From the NCBI GenBank assembly GCA_018825985.1, contig JAHKAP010000077.1, forward strand, positions 566 through 64,565: a stretch of DNA of 64,000 nucleotides, given 5' to 3'. Made by a program: the position numbers and the translations under genes. The DNA comes from Candidatus Omnitrophota bacterium (GTDB lineage Bacteria; Omnitrophota; Gorgyraeia; Gygaellales; Profunditerraquicolaceae). Shown one piece after another: positions 38,513-47,435 of this stretch; positions within the stretch are counted from its first letter, which is position 1, and each line of letters starts with the position of its first letter. The notes beneath the pieces were generated by a model. The model made no database searches, was not told the DNA's origin, and saw nothing but the letters and a program-made list of their open reading frames with translations.

Positions 38513-39373
38513 TTAAGCGCGGGGATGCGCTTTGTCATATACCCCTTTTAATTTCTCGGTAGTAAGATGCGTATATATCTGGGTAGTCGAAAGGTTGGCG
38601 TGGCCCAAGAGCTCCTGGACGCTTCTTAAATCAGCCCCGCGGTTCAAAAGATGAGTAGCAAAAGAATGCCTTAAGGTATGTGGGGAAACCCCCTTTTTGA
38701 TCCCGGCTATCGTGATATATTTCTTAACGATATTCCTTACCCCCCGATCAGTGAGCCGGCCACCCCTTTTATTCAAAAATACTGCCAGGCCGGATTTTTC
38801 ACGGTTATCCAGATAATCCCTTATCGCGCATATAGCCTTATCTCCTATGGGGACGATCCTCTCTTTTTTCCCTTTACCCATTACTTTAATAACGCAGCCG
38901 ATAAAATCCACATCCTCTAAGTTTAAACCAACCAGCTCGCTGATCCTAATACCCGTCGAGTATATGGTTTCCAGCAAGGCCCGGTCCCTAAAGCCCATTT
39001 CATCCTTAGGCAGGCTTGCTTCTATTAAGCGCGAGACCTCTTCTTCAGTCAGGAACGAAGGAAGATGTTTGTCTAATTTAGGGCTAGAGAGGCTCAATAT
39101 CGGATTAGTCTTAAGATAGCCTTCGCGGGTAAGGAATTTAAAAAAAGATCTCAAGGTGGATAGGCGGCGGGAAACGCTCCTGGCGCCTAAGCTTTTTTCT
39201 TTAAGCGCTGCCAGGTATTTTCTTAAAGTCAGGTAATCAACGCATTCAACGGTTTGTTCTTTTAAGAAAAGTTTAAAATGAAGTAAGTCTAACTGGTAAT
39301 TTAAAATGGTATGGCGGGAATAATTCTTTTCAATATCCAGGTAACGCATGAATTTCTCAATATATCTATCCAT
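38513..39373 (-). CDS. xerC: Tyrosine recombinase XerC
   Basis: GIRISEL, GKGKKER, HTLRHSFATH and LLGHANLSTTQIY motifs; downstream of topA. Confidence 0.88.
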   Translation of the reverse strand: MDRYIEKFMRYLDIEKNYSRHTILNYQLDLLHFKLFLKEQTVECVDYLTLRKYLAALKEKSLGARSVSRRLSTLRSFFKFLTREGYLKTNPILSLSSPKLDKHLPSFLTEEEVSRLIEASLPKDEMGFRDRALLETIYSTGIRISELVGLNLEDVDFIGCVIKVMGKGKKERIVPIGDKAICAIRDYLDNREKSGLAVFLNKRGGRLTDRGVRNIVKKYITIAGIKKGVSPHTLRHSFATHLLNRGADLRSVQELLGHANLSTTQIYTHLTTEKLKGVYDKAHPRA

Positions 39374-39377
39374 AATC

Positions 39378-39538
39378 CTTTTTTGTTTCCTAGCGCTGCA
39401 ACACTTATCTTGGCGTGGGACAATCTCTAAAAAGCGGGAACACGAACTTTTTTGTTTGCGCCCTCTTCAATACTAATCTTGTCGTGGGACAGTCCCCTGA
39501 CCAGACTTCGCCTATAGCTTTCTACGGGGACAGTCCCT
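39378..39538. repeat. GGGACAGTCCC repeat cluster (69-bp-period tandem plus 53-bp element, copy 1)
   Basis: GTGGGACAATCTCT 39415, GTGGGACAGTCCCCT 39484, GGGGACAGTCCCT 39526. Confidence 0.8.
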
Positions 39539-41582
39539 GTTGGCTACCCGGGTCGTCGGTTTCGTTTTTCGAACCTTTATCGTCGTCTGTTTCACTTTTG
39601 TCCTGAGGCAGATTCTTAGAGACAAACCTGCACTTAGGGTAATTGGAACAACCAAAAAAGAAACCCCTTTTGGAACGCCGCTCGATCAATTCTCCTCCAC
39701 AACCGGATTCCGGGCATTTGACCCCGCTGGTTATAGATTTGGAACTCTTGCAAGCCGGATAATCTGAGCAGCTTAAGAATTTACCTTTTCTGCCCCATTT
39801 AATTATCATCGGTTTTCCGCATTTATCGCAAGACTTATCGGAAATAATCACCTCTTTTACAATATTCGCCTGGGCAAAATCCAGGCTGACTTTAAAAGGC
39901 TGGTAAAAATCATTTAACACTTTGAGTTTGTCGATCTTGCCTTCTTCGATCTGATCTAATTCTTCTTCCATCCCGGCGGTAAACTTAACATCAATGACCT
40001 TGGGAAAATATTCCACCAGCAGATCACAGACTTTAAATCCCAGCTCAGTAGGCTGAAGATAACCTTTTAACCTGCGCACATAATCCCTGTACACCAGGGT
40101 ATAAACTATCGGGGCATACGTAGAAGGCCTGCCAATACCTTCCTCCTCCAAAACCTTTATCAATGAACTATCGGAAAACCTTGCCGGCGGCTTGGTAAAA
40201 TGCTGAGAGGGGATCAATCTTTCCAGCCTTAAAACCTCTCCTTTTTCCAAAGTAGGGATGATATTTCTTTTCTTATCATCCTCGCCATTATTATTTTTGC
40301 TGTATACCTTGCTATACCCATCGAATACAAGAACGCTCCCGGAAGCGCTGAACATGTAAATTCCTACGGATATATCAACCGATGTTGCCGAATATACGGC
40401 CGGATTCATCTGGCTGGAGATGAAACGGTTAAAGATCAAATCATAGACTTTATATTGTTCCGGGTTTAAAAAATCTTTAAGGCTCTCGGCAGACCGATTG
40501 ACCATGGTCGGCCGGATCGCTTCATGCGCTTCCTGGGCGAATTTTTTGGTCTTATATACCGGAGGAGTCTGAGGAAGATACTCTTTTCCATATTGCTTTT
40601 GAATAAAATTTCTTGCTTCCTCAAGAGCTTCTTTAGCTACAGAAACTGAATCCGTGCGCATATAAGTTATAAGACCGACCGGCGCTTCTTGCCCGATATC
40701 AATACCTTCGTAGAGCTGCTGGGCAACGATCATAGTTTTAGTAGCATTAAATCTTAATTTGTTAAATGCCTCCTGCTGTAAAGTGCTGGTGATAAACGGC
40801 GGGTCAGGAAAACGCCTCTTTTCGTTTATTTCTATGCCGGAAACCACAAACTTTTTTCCTTTAATATCAGCAGTCAGTTTATCCGCATCGGTCTGGTTAC
40901 CTATTTCAACTTTCTTATCTTCTATCTTAGCCAACTTCGCCGTAAATAGGCCGGCGTCAAGGTGCCCTTGTGTCTTGGCGGCTTTTTCCAGCTCTGCCTC
41001 GACCTCCCAATATTCCTTAGGGATAAAGGCCGCAATCAGCCTCTCCCGCTCAACAATTAATCTTAAGGCAACAGATTGCACCCTTCCGGCGCTTAAACCC
41101 CGTCCGATCTTCTTCCAAAGCAAAGGACTTAAAAAATAACCCACTAACCTATCCAATATCCTGCGGCCGGCCTGGGCTTCGACCATATTAGCGTCAAAAT
41201 CCCGCGATTTACTGAAAGCGGTTTTAACCGCCTGAGAAGTAATTTCATGAAAAACTACCCGCAGGATATTTTTACCCTTAAATATTCTGTCTTTAATATG
41301 CCAGCCGATCGCCTCACCCTCGCGATCAGGGTCAGTAGCAATATAAATAGCCTCTTTTCCTTTGGACATTTTTTTCAGGCTGTCCAGGATCTTTTTTCTT
41401 CCGGAGATAACCACGTAATCCGGTTCAAAATTATTGTCTACATCAACGCCGATCTTTTTTTGGGGCAGGTCGATCAGGTGACCCATGGACGGGACCACCT
41501 CGAAATCGCTGCCTAATATTTTGCTGATGGTCTTGGCCTTGGTCGGCGACTCCACTATCACTAAGCTACTCTTTTTCTTCAT
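39522..41582 (-). CDS. topA: DNA topoisomerase I
   Basis: IVESPTKAK, DPDREGE, GRVQS, ITYMRTDS and C-terminal zinc ribbons. Confidence 0.97.
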   Translation of the reverse strand: MKKKSSLVIVESPTKAKTISKILGSDFEVVPSMGHLIDLPQKKIGVDVDNNFEPDYVVISGRKKILDSLKKMSKGKEAIYIATDPDREGEAIGWHIKDRIFKGKNILRVVFHEITSQAVKTAFSKSRDFDANMVEAQAGRRILDRLVGYFLSPLLWKKIGRGLSAGRVQSVALRLIVERERLIAAFIPKEYWEVEAELEKAAKTQGHLDAGLFTAKLAKIEDKKVEIGNQTDADKLTADIKGKKFVVSGIEINEKRRFPDPPFITSTLQQEAFNKLRFNATKTMIVAQQLYEGIDIGQEAPVGLITYMRTDSVSVAKEALEEARNFIQKQYGKEYLPQTPPVYKTKKFAQEAHEAIRPTMVNRSAESLKDFLNPEQYKVYDLIFNRFISSQMNPAVYSATSVDISVGIYMFSASGSVLVFDGYSKVYSKNNNGEDDKKRNIIPTLEKGEVLRLERLIPSQHFTKPPARFSDSSLIKVLEEEGIGRPSTYAPIVYTLVYRDYVRRLKGYLQPTELGFKVCDLLVEYFPKVIDVKFTAGMEEELDQIEEGKIDKLKVLNDFYQPFKVSLDFAQANIVKEVIISDKSCDKCGKPMIIKWGRKGKFLSCSDYPACKSSKSITSGVKCPESGCGGELIERRSKRGFFFGCSNYPKCRFVSKNLPQDKSETDDDKGSKNETDDPGSQQGLSP

Positions 41583-41608
41583 TCAATTCTCCTGAAATTC
41601 CGACTTTA

Positions 41609-41672
41609 ACGCGGATTACCGCTGATTTTATCTGCGGATATCCGCGGGCTTTAATATCCGTGAAAATCCGCG
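41609..41672. repeat. CGCGGAT-type ~9-bp palindromic array
   Basis: ACGCGGATTACCGCTGAT...ATCTGCGGATATCCGCGG...ATCCGTGAAAATCCGCG. Confidence 0.7.
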
Positions 41673-41674
41673 CC

Positions 41675-42766
41675 TTAGTTCCTCACAAATTGTTTACCTG
41701 GTAACTGGCGGATTAATTTTCTCAATTCCAGTTTCAGAAGCAGATGCGCCGCTTCTGTCATATCCATATCCGACCGCTCCAAAATATCATCCAATACTAC
41801 CGGGTAGTTGGAGAGCAGGTCATAGATCAAAAGTTCCCGCTCGGTCAAAGAAAACGGTTCTCTTTTATTGACCAGGGTATCTTTAACAGGAGCAATATTC
41901 AGTTCTTCCAGAATATCATCGATCCCACAAACCAGTTTTGCTCCCTGCTTAATTAATTCATTGGTCCCTTGGGAATTCGCTGTGTCAATTTTTCCGGGAA
42001 GAGCGAAAACATCCCGTCCCTGCTCCAGGGCAAAATCAGCGGTAATCAGGGCTCCGCTATTGCGGGCAGCTTCCGCCACTAAAACGCCCAAACTCAATCC
42101 GCTGATCACCCTATTGCGGCGGGGAAAATTCTGCTTGAATGGCTCGGTATTCATAGGGAATTCCGATATAACAGCTCCGCTTTTAGCGATCTCCAAAGCC
42201 AGCCTTTTGTTCTCCGGAGGATAAATCTGATTGAGACCGCTTCCGATCACAGCAATGGTCCGGCCCCCGGCTTTTAAAGCCCCTTTATGAGCATAAGTAT
42301 CCACACCCCTGGCCAAGCCAGAGACAATGGTTAAACCTTTACCAGATAAATCATGAGCGAACTTCTCGGCGCAAGATAAACCGTAAAAAGAAGCCCGGCG
42401 GGAACCTACAATTCCTAAGCTGAATTTATCTTCTTTTTTTAATTCCCCCTTAACATAAAGTATAATCGGAGGATCGCTGATCTGTTTTAAATTCTCGGGA
42501 TAATCTTCATCTTTATAAGAGATGATTTCTATATCCTGTTTCCTGGCCAGGCTCAATTCTTTATCCAAATCCCCTTCTTTTAAAGAACCGATCTTATCCG
42601 CGATTATGTTGCCGATGCCTGAGGCCCTGATCAATTCTTCCTTCGGCGCTTTCAGGACATTTTGAGGCGTTTGAAAATACCCCAGCAGCCTTTTAAGACG
42701 AATGCTGCCGAGATCTAAAATAAGATTCAGACCAACCAGGGATTCAAATTCAGATATATTCTTCAT
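41675..42766 (-). CDS. dprA: DNA processing protein DprA
   Basis: IVGSR, SGLARGVD, FPRRNRVISGLS and SGALITA motifs. Confidence 0.95.
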   Translation of the reverse strand: MKNISEFESLVGLNLILDLGSIRLKRLLGYFQTPQNVLKAPKEELIRASGIGNIIADKIGSLKEGDLDKELSLARKQDIEIISYKDEDYPENLKQISDPPIILYVKGELKKEDKFSLGIVGSRRASFYGLSCAEKFAHDLSGKGLTIVSGLARGVDTYAHKGALKAGGRTIAVIGSGLNQIYPPENKRLALEIAKSGAVISEFPMNTEPFKQNFPRRNRVISGLSLGVLVAEAARNSGALITADFALEQGRDVFALPGKIDTANSQGTNELIKQGAKLVCGIDDILEELNIAPVKDTLVNKREPFSLTERELLIYDLLSNYPVVLDDILERSDMDMTEAAHLLLKLELRKLIRQLPGKQFVRN

Positions 42767-43263
42767 ACGATCAACTCAGAAACTTTTTTTACCACTTCCT
42801 TCAAAGAGATATCCGAGGTATCGATATTGTAGTCTGCTAAAGCGTAAAAATGAGAGCGCTCTTTTAAAAGTTCTTTAATTTTATTTACCGGATTATCCAC
42901 ATTTAATAACGGCCGATGCCCGTAATTTTTAGTCCTGGTTAAAATTACTTCCGGACGGGCAGACAGGCAAACCATTATACCGGTATTCTTCATCAAGGCA
43001 ATATTATCTTTATCCATCACAATACCGCCGCCGCAGGAAATAATCTGAAAATCATTCCGGGAAACCCCGACCAAGATTTTTTTCTCCGAGTCCCGGAAAT
43101 AAGTTTCTCCTTTTTGCGCGAAGATTTCAGTAATAGCCAAGCCTTCCTTTATCTCCATCAGATCATCCAGATCAACAAAAGTCATTTCTTTCTGCTTAGC
43201 CAATTCCCTGGCTACGCTGGTCTTTCCGGTTCCCATAAAACCGATCAAGTAAATATTCTTCAT
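42763..43263 (-). CDS. aroK: Shikimate kinase
   Basis: MKNIYLIGFMGTGKT P-loop, CGGG and RPLL; start moved to the ATG at 43263. Confidence 0.95.
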   Translation of the reverse strand: MKNIYLIGFMGTGKTSVARELAKQKEMTFVDLDDLMEIKEGLAITEIFAQKGETYFRDSEKKILVGVSRNDFQIISCGGGIVMDKDNIALMKNTGIMVCLSARPEVILTRTKNYGHRPLLNVDNPVNKIKELLKERSHFYALADYNIDTSDISLKEVVKKVSELIV

Positions 43264-43370
43264 ATTGACATTTGCTCGGCTTGCCTCAACCACTCGGCAA
43301 GCCTGCTAAACGCGGCTCCTTGCTCGTCGCCGCAGCAGCCCATAAATCCGACTAAATAAATATTATTCAT
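43260..43370 (-). pseudogene. Ghost copy of the aroK 5' end (36-aa mini-ORF)
   Basis: MNNIYLVGFMG matches 9 of 11 aroK N-terminal residues, then unrelated palindromic sequence; TGA overlaps the aroK ATG. Confidence 0.75.
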
Positions 43371-43379
43371 GCCTCACTG

Positions 43380-43444
43380 AAAATGGGGTCAGAATTATTT
43401 TTTTTCCGAGTCAGATGAATAAAAAATAATTCTGACCCCATTTT
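43380..43444. repeat. 24-bp perfect inverted repeat element, copy 2
   Basis: AAAATGGGGTCAGAATTATTTTTT / AAAAAATAATTCTGACCCCATTTT. Confidence 0.9.
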
Positions 43445-43455
43445 TCCTTATTGCG

Positions 43456-43719
43456 TTATTCTTTGTAAGCTGACAAAATCACCGAGCTTAATTGTTCTTT
43501 AAGCTCTTTAGTGGTCGGGTAAACTGTGCTATACCATTTACCGTCTTTGCCCAGATGCCGCGGCATACTCACAAATAAACCCTTGCTGCCGTTAACAACG
43601 CTAAAACCTTTGACCACTATTCCGGCTAAGGCAACATCGGCAAAAGCCTTTAGCTTGGATTCACCGTCAAAGCGATAGATCCGGCTGACCTGGATCAAAC
43701 TATCTTTCATGTCGATCAC
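43456..43719 (-). CDS. spoVG: SpoVG family protein
   Basis: LKAFADV, GLFVSMP and KDGKWY motifs. Confidence 0.85.
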   Translation of the reverse strand: MIDMKDSLIQVSRIYRFDGESKLKAFADVALAGIVVKGFSVVNGSKGLFVSMPRHLGKDGKWYSTVYPTTKELKEQLSSVILSAYKE

Positions 43720-43764
43720 CTCCTTTTGCCTTAATAGACGCAGGAGATGATATTATCTAACTAA

Positions 43765-44805
43765 CTATTTTATTCTTTTTAAGTAACTACTGTAACTGGC
43801 CTTAATATCGCCTAAACAGTCCCCTCCGAATTTCTCAAGGATTGCGTCAGCTAATACATAGGCGCAGACTGACTCCGCCACCACGCCGGCAGCCTCAACT
43901 ACACAAACATCCGAACGCTGGACACTGGCTGAAGCAGTTTTTTTAGTGATAATATTCACTGAGTTCAAAGGATCCATTAAGGTGGCGATCGGTTTCATAC
44001 AAGCCCTTATTACGATATCCTCGCCGTTGGAGATCCCGCCTTCTATGCCTCCGGCATTATTGGTAAAGCGGTGAAACCCTTTTGTTTTAGAATAAAATAT
44101 CTCATCATGAAGAAGAGAGCCAAATTCTTCAGCAAAACCAAACCCTAAACCGATGTCCATCCCCTTGACCCCGGGAATAGACATGATCCCGGCGGCAAGA
44201 CGGGAATCCAAACGCCTGTCCGGCTGAACATAACTTCCTAAACCTGCCGCAGCGCCTTTTATCACCACCTCAAATATCCCGCCTAAAGTATCTTTCTTAA
44301 TAAAAGCCTCATTTATCCTATCTTTTATTAATGCAGAGTCAGACTCTCCGCCGATCAACAATACTTGACTGGATATCTTAACTTTAAAATTTTCCAGAAA
44401 AATCTTACAAACAGCCCCGATACTTACGGTTGAGGCAGTGCTGCGGGCTGAAGCCCTTTCCAGAACTTCACGGCAGTCGCTAAATCCGTATTTTAATAAA
44501 CCGGCCAGATCCGCATGCCCGGGCCGGGGAGACAAAACTTTATTCAATTTCTCTATTCCCCGGTCCTTATTCTGGATCAATAAAGCAATGGGGCTGGCAA
44601 TGGTAACTCCTTTTTTCAGGCCGGAGATTATCTGAACCCGGTCATTTTCTATTTCCATCCGCTTACCCCGGCCAAAACCGGATTGCCGGCGTTTTAATTC
44701 CTGGTTGATCCGGACAGGATCTATTTTAAGCCCTGCCGGAAGGCCTTCCAGGATCGCTATTAACCCTCTGCCGTGCGATTCTCCCGCAGTTAATTGTCTT
44801 AACAT
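43765..44805 (-). CDS. aroC: Chorismate synthase
   Basis: TAGESHG, RPGHAD, ERASAR, NNAGGIEGGISNG and RSD motifs. Confidence 0.96.
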   Translation of the reverse strand: MLRQLTAGESHGRGLIAILEGLPAGLKIDPVRINQELKRRQSGFGRGKRMEIENDRVQIISGLKKGVTIASPIALLIQNKDRGIEKLNKVLSPRPGHADLAGLLKYGFSDCREVLERASARSTASTVSIGAVCKIFLENFKVKISSQVLLIGGESDSALIKDRINEAFIKKDTLGGIFEVVIKGAAAGLGSYVQPDRRLDSRLAAGIMSIPGVKGMDIGLGFGFAEEFGSLLHDEIFYSKTKGFHRFTNNAGGIEGGISNGEDIVIRACMKPIATLMDPLNSVNIITKKTASASVQRSDVCVVEAAGVVAESVCAYVLADAILEKFGGDCLGDIKASYSSYLKRIK

Positions 44806-44908
44806 ATATTACCTCCTCGAATACAATTATACGCCAACGGCGCATTTAGTGAGATCAGCCGAAGGGCGTCAAATCCATTTGATGCTCTATTAAAGCGCGT
44901 AGGCGGAA

Positions 44909-45490
44909 TTATTTCCACAGCCCCCGGTTATTCTCTCTGGCCTCCTGATATAACTGACGAAAAATATCCGCATATTTTACATTCGGGGATATAGTCATCA
45001 GGGAAGCAAAGCCTTGTTTTACTATCTCGGCGTTAACAAATGTCCCATCCGGCAAATAAACATAAGCCAATAATCTCCCGTATTTATCTTTTCTCTCAAC
45101 GTCAAATTCCAACCTGACATTTCTTCCCTGAACTAAATTCCGGGTAAACTCGTAAGAACGCCGGCCTAATTTCTTGATCTGTTCAGCGTCCTGGTGGCTG
45201 CGCCGGCTATCCCGGAGAAGTTTGCTTGAATCGTGCATCTCCGGAGTGTCGATACCGATCAAACGCACTCTTTCGCCATTCTCAAGTTTTAAAGTATCCC
45301 CGTCAACTGCCCTGGTTACCAGAATATTGTTATAATCGGATTTTTTACCAAAAGGAAAAAATATCTTCCAATCTGAAAAAGAATAATTCTTTCCCGAAGC
45401 CGCAAAACTCAAAGAAACAGCTAAAGTCAGAAAAAAAACAGCCAGCCCGGCAATCCTGATTTTTCTCACTCTCGCTCCTATTTTACGCAA
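44909..45490 (-). CDS. Thermonuclease (SNase) family exported nuclease
   Basis: DGDT, RLIGIDTPE, DKYGRLLAYV and RGLW motifs. Confidence 0.92.
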   Translation of the reverse strand: MRKIGARVRKIRIAGLAVFFLTLAVSLSFAASGKNYSFSDWKIFFPFGKKSDYNNILVTRAVDGDTLKLENGERVRLIGIDTPEMHDSSKLLRDSRRSHQDAEQIKKLGRRSYEFTRNLVQGRNVRLEFDVERKDKYGRLLAYVYLPDGTFVNAEIVKQGFASLMTISPNVKYADIFRQLYQEARENNRGLWK

Positions 45491-45556
45491 AACTTCATTT
45501 TTATTTTACTCTTTTTATTGGATAAATCAATACTTTTAGATTATAATATAAGTATT

Positions 45557-47434
45557 ATGATTTACGACCGCTTTCAGGAAGAAGCTATAAATTATATCAA
45601 CCAGGGGTACTCAGTAATCGTCTCTGCGCCCACTGGCGCCGGCAAAACCGCTATTGCCGAACATATCATCCAGCTGTCCCTTGAGAATAATATCGGGGTT
45701 ATCTATACCGCGCCGATCAAGGCCCTCTCCAACCAGAAATTCCGCGACTTCCAGCACCAGTTTAAAGATGCCGTAGGTATTTTAACCGGCGATGTCTCCC
45801 TTAACCCTGAAGCTCAAGTCCTGATCATGACCACCGAAATATTCAGGAACAAGATCCTGGACGAACCCCAGAGCCTGGATAAATACTCCTGGGTTATATT
45901 TGATGAAATTCACTATATTGATAATCCGGAAAGAGGAACGGTCTGGGAAGAATCCCTGATGTTTTTGCCTGAACATATCAAAATATTAGGCTTATCCGCC
46001 ACCATCCCGAATATCAAACAACTGACTGAATGGCTGCAATCAATTCATAAAAAAACCATAAAAATGGTAGTGGAAGACAAAAGACCTGTCCCCTTGCATT
46101 TTTTCTTTCAATGCCAAAATCAAATCCTGGATAAAATAGATAATTTAAAGAAGATAAAACCATACCGGGCGAATAAACTAAATTTCCTGATTGATTACCT
46201 GCAGGAAAAAGATGGCTTACCCTGTATTTATTTTGTTTTCGGCAGGAGAAGGGCTGAAGACCTGGCCTGGGAATTGGGAGGATATAATTTCCTTAATACC
46301 AGCGAAAGAGACCAGATATTCTCTCTTTACGAGTCTCTATGCGTTCGCTTTGATTTAAAGAATGAAAAAAGCGCCACTGAATTGATACCCCTGATCAAAA
46401 GAGGGATAGCCTTTCATCATGCCGGAATGCTCCCGACTTTAAAAGAAGTCATAGAAAGATTATTCACCAGCCGGCTCTTAAAAGTAATCTTTACCACTGA
46501 GACCTTTGCCTTAGGGATAAACATGCCCAGCCGCTCGGTGATTTTTGACGAACTAAGGAAATTTTACGGAAAATTTGTCCGGCCGCTAAAAACCCGTGAT
46601 TTTTTCCAGATGGCCGGACGGGCAGGCCGCAGGGGGATCGATAAAGAAGGTTTTGTTTATTCCCGGGTCAATTTAATGAGGATAAACCCTCTGGATGTAA
46701 AAAATGTTATCTACAGCCGGAGCGAACAGGTTAAAAGCCAGTTCAATACCTCATATGCCACCATCTTAAACCTGTATGAAAAATACCAGGATAATCTTTA
46801 TAAGATATACCCCAAATCATTGCATTATTTCCAGGCTAAGAAATACCAGCAGCAAGACGCCTTACGTTTAATGGAAGCGAAATTAAATTTGCTTAAAGAT
46901 ACCGGATATATTCAAAACAAGGCCTTAACCCCTAAAGGACAATTCGCTAAAAGCGTATACGGTTATGAATTAATTCTCTCGGAATTCTACTCCCGGAGCT
47001 TTTTTGAGCAGATGGATGAATTTACCCTGGGGATATTGGCGGTAGCCGCTGTTTTTGAGCCGCGGAAAAACCAACACATCCTTTCCTTATCTAAAAACAG
47101 CAAGAATATCAGGAGGATATGCGAAGAGATGCATGAGACCATAAAACAAAGAGAAATCCGTTATAGAGTACGCCCTCTTACAAAACTGCCCTATTTTCAC
47201 CTGGCCCAGGCTATGGAGGCCTGGCTCCGAGGGACTGAATTTTCCAAGATCCTGCAATTTACCGATACTGATGAAGGCGAAGTAGTGCGCTATTTCAGAA
47301 TGAGCGTGCAGATACTAAGGGAGATTCAGGACATCCCCATAGCCTCCCATACCTTAAAGCAGAGAATCAAAGAGGCAGTCCGGGTAATCAACCGCGATAT
47401 CATCGACGCTGAAAAACAACTCCGCGAAGGCTAA
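45557..47434 (+). CDS. Ski2/HelY-like DEXH-box helicase
   Basis: APTGAGKT, DEIH, LSAT, HHAG and QMAGRAGRRG motifs; start placed at the first ATG. Confidence 0.92.
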   Translation: MIYDRFQEEAINYINQGYSVIVSAPTGAGKTAIAEHIIQLSLENNIGVIYTAPIKALSNQKFRDFQHQFKDAVGILTGDVSLNPEAQVLIMTTEIFRNKILDEPQSLDKYSWVIFDEIHYIDNPERGTVWEESLMFLPEHIKILGLSATIPNIKQLTEWLQSIHKKTIKMVVEDKRPVPLHFFFQCQNQILDKIDNLKKIKPYRANKLNFLIDYLQEKDGLPCIYFVFGRRRAEDLAWELGGYNFLNTSERDQIFSLYESLCVRFDLKNEKSATELIPLIKRGIAFHHAGMLPTLKEVIERLFTSRLLKVIFTTETFALGINMPSRSVIFDELRKFYGKFVRPLKTRDFFQMAGRAGRRGIDKEGFVYSRVNLMRINPLDVKNVIYSRSEQVKSQFNTSYATILNLYEKYQDNLYKIYPKSLHYFQAKKYQQQDALRLMEAKLNLLKDTGYIQNKALTPKGQFAKSVYGYELILSEFYSRSFFEQMDEFTLGILAVAAVFEPRKNQHILSLSKNSKNIRRICEEMHETIKQREIRYRVRPLTKLPYFHLAQAMEAWLRGTEFSKILQFTDTDEGEVVRYFRMSVQILREIQDIPIASHTLKQRIKEAVRVINRDIIDAEKQLREG

Positions 47435-47435
47435 A

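Noticed and set aside
38513-39373. Tyrosine recombinase as an integron or phage integrase
   Set aside because: Size, motifs and dprA-topA-xerC context fit housekeeping XerC; no IntI-specific insertion is evident.
43264-43293. ORF-track N-terminal extension of aroK (likewise nrdR 55302-55337 and helicase 45518-45556)
   Set aside because: The extensions run through repeat or promoter DNA; family-typical starts lie downstream.
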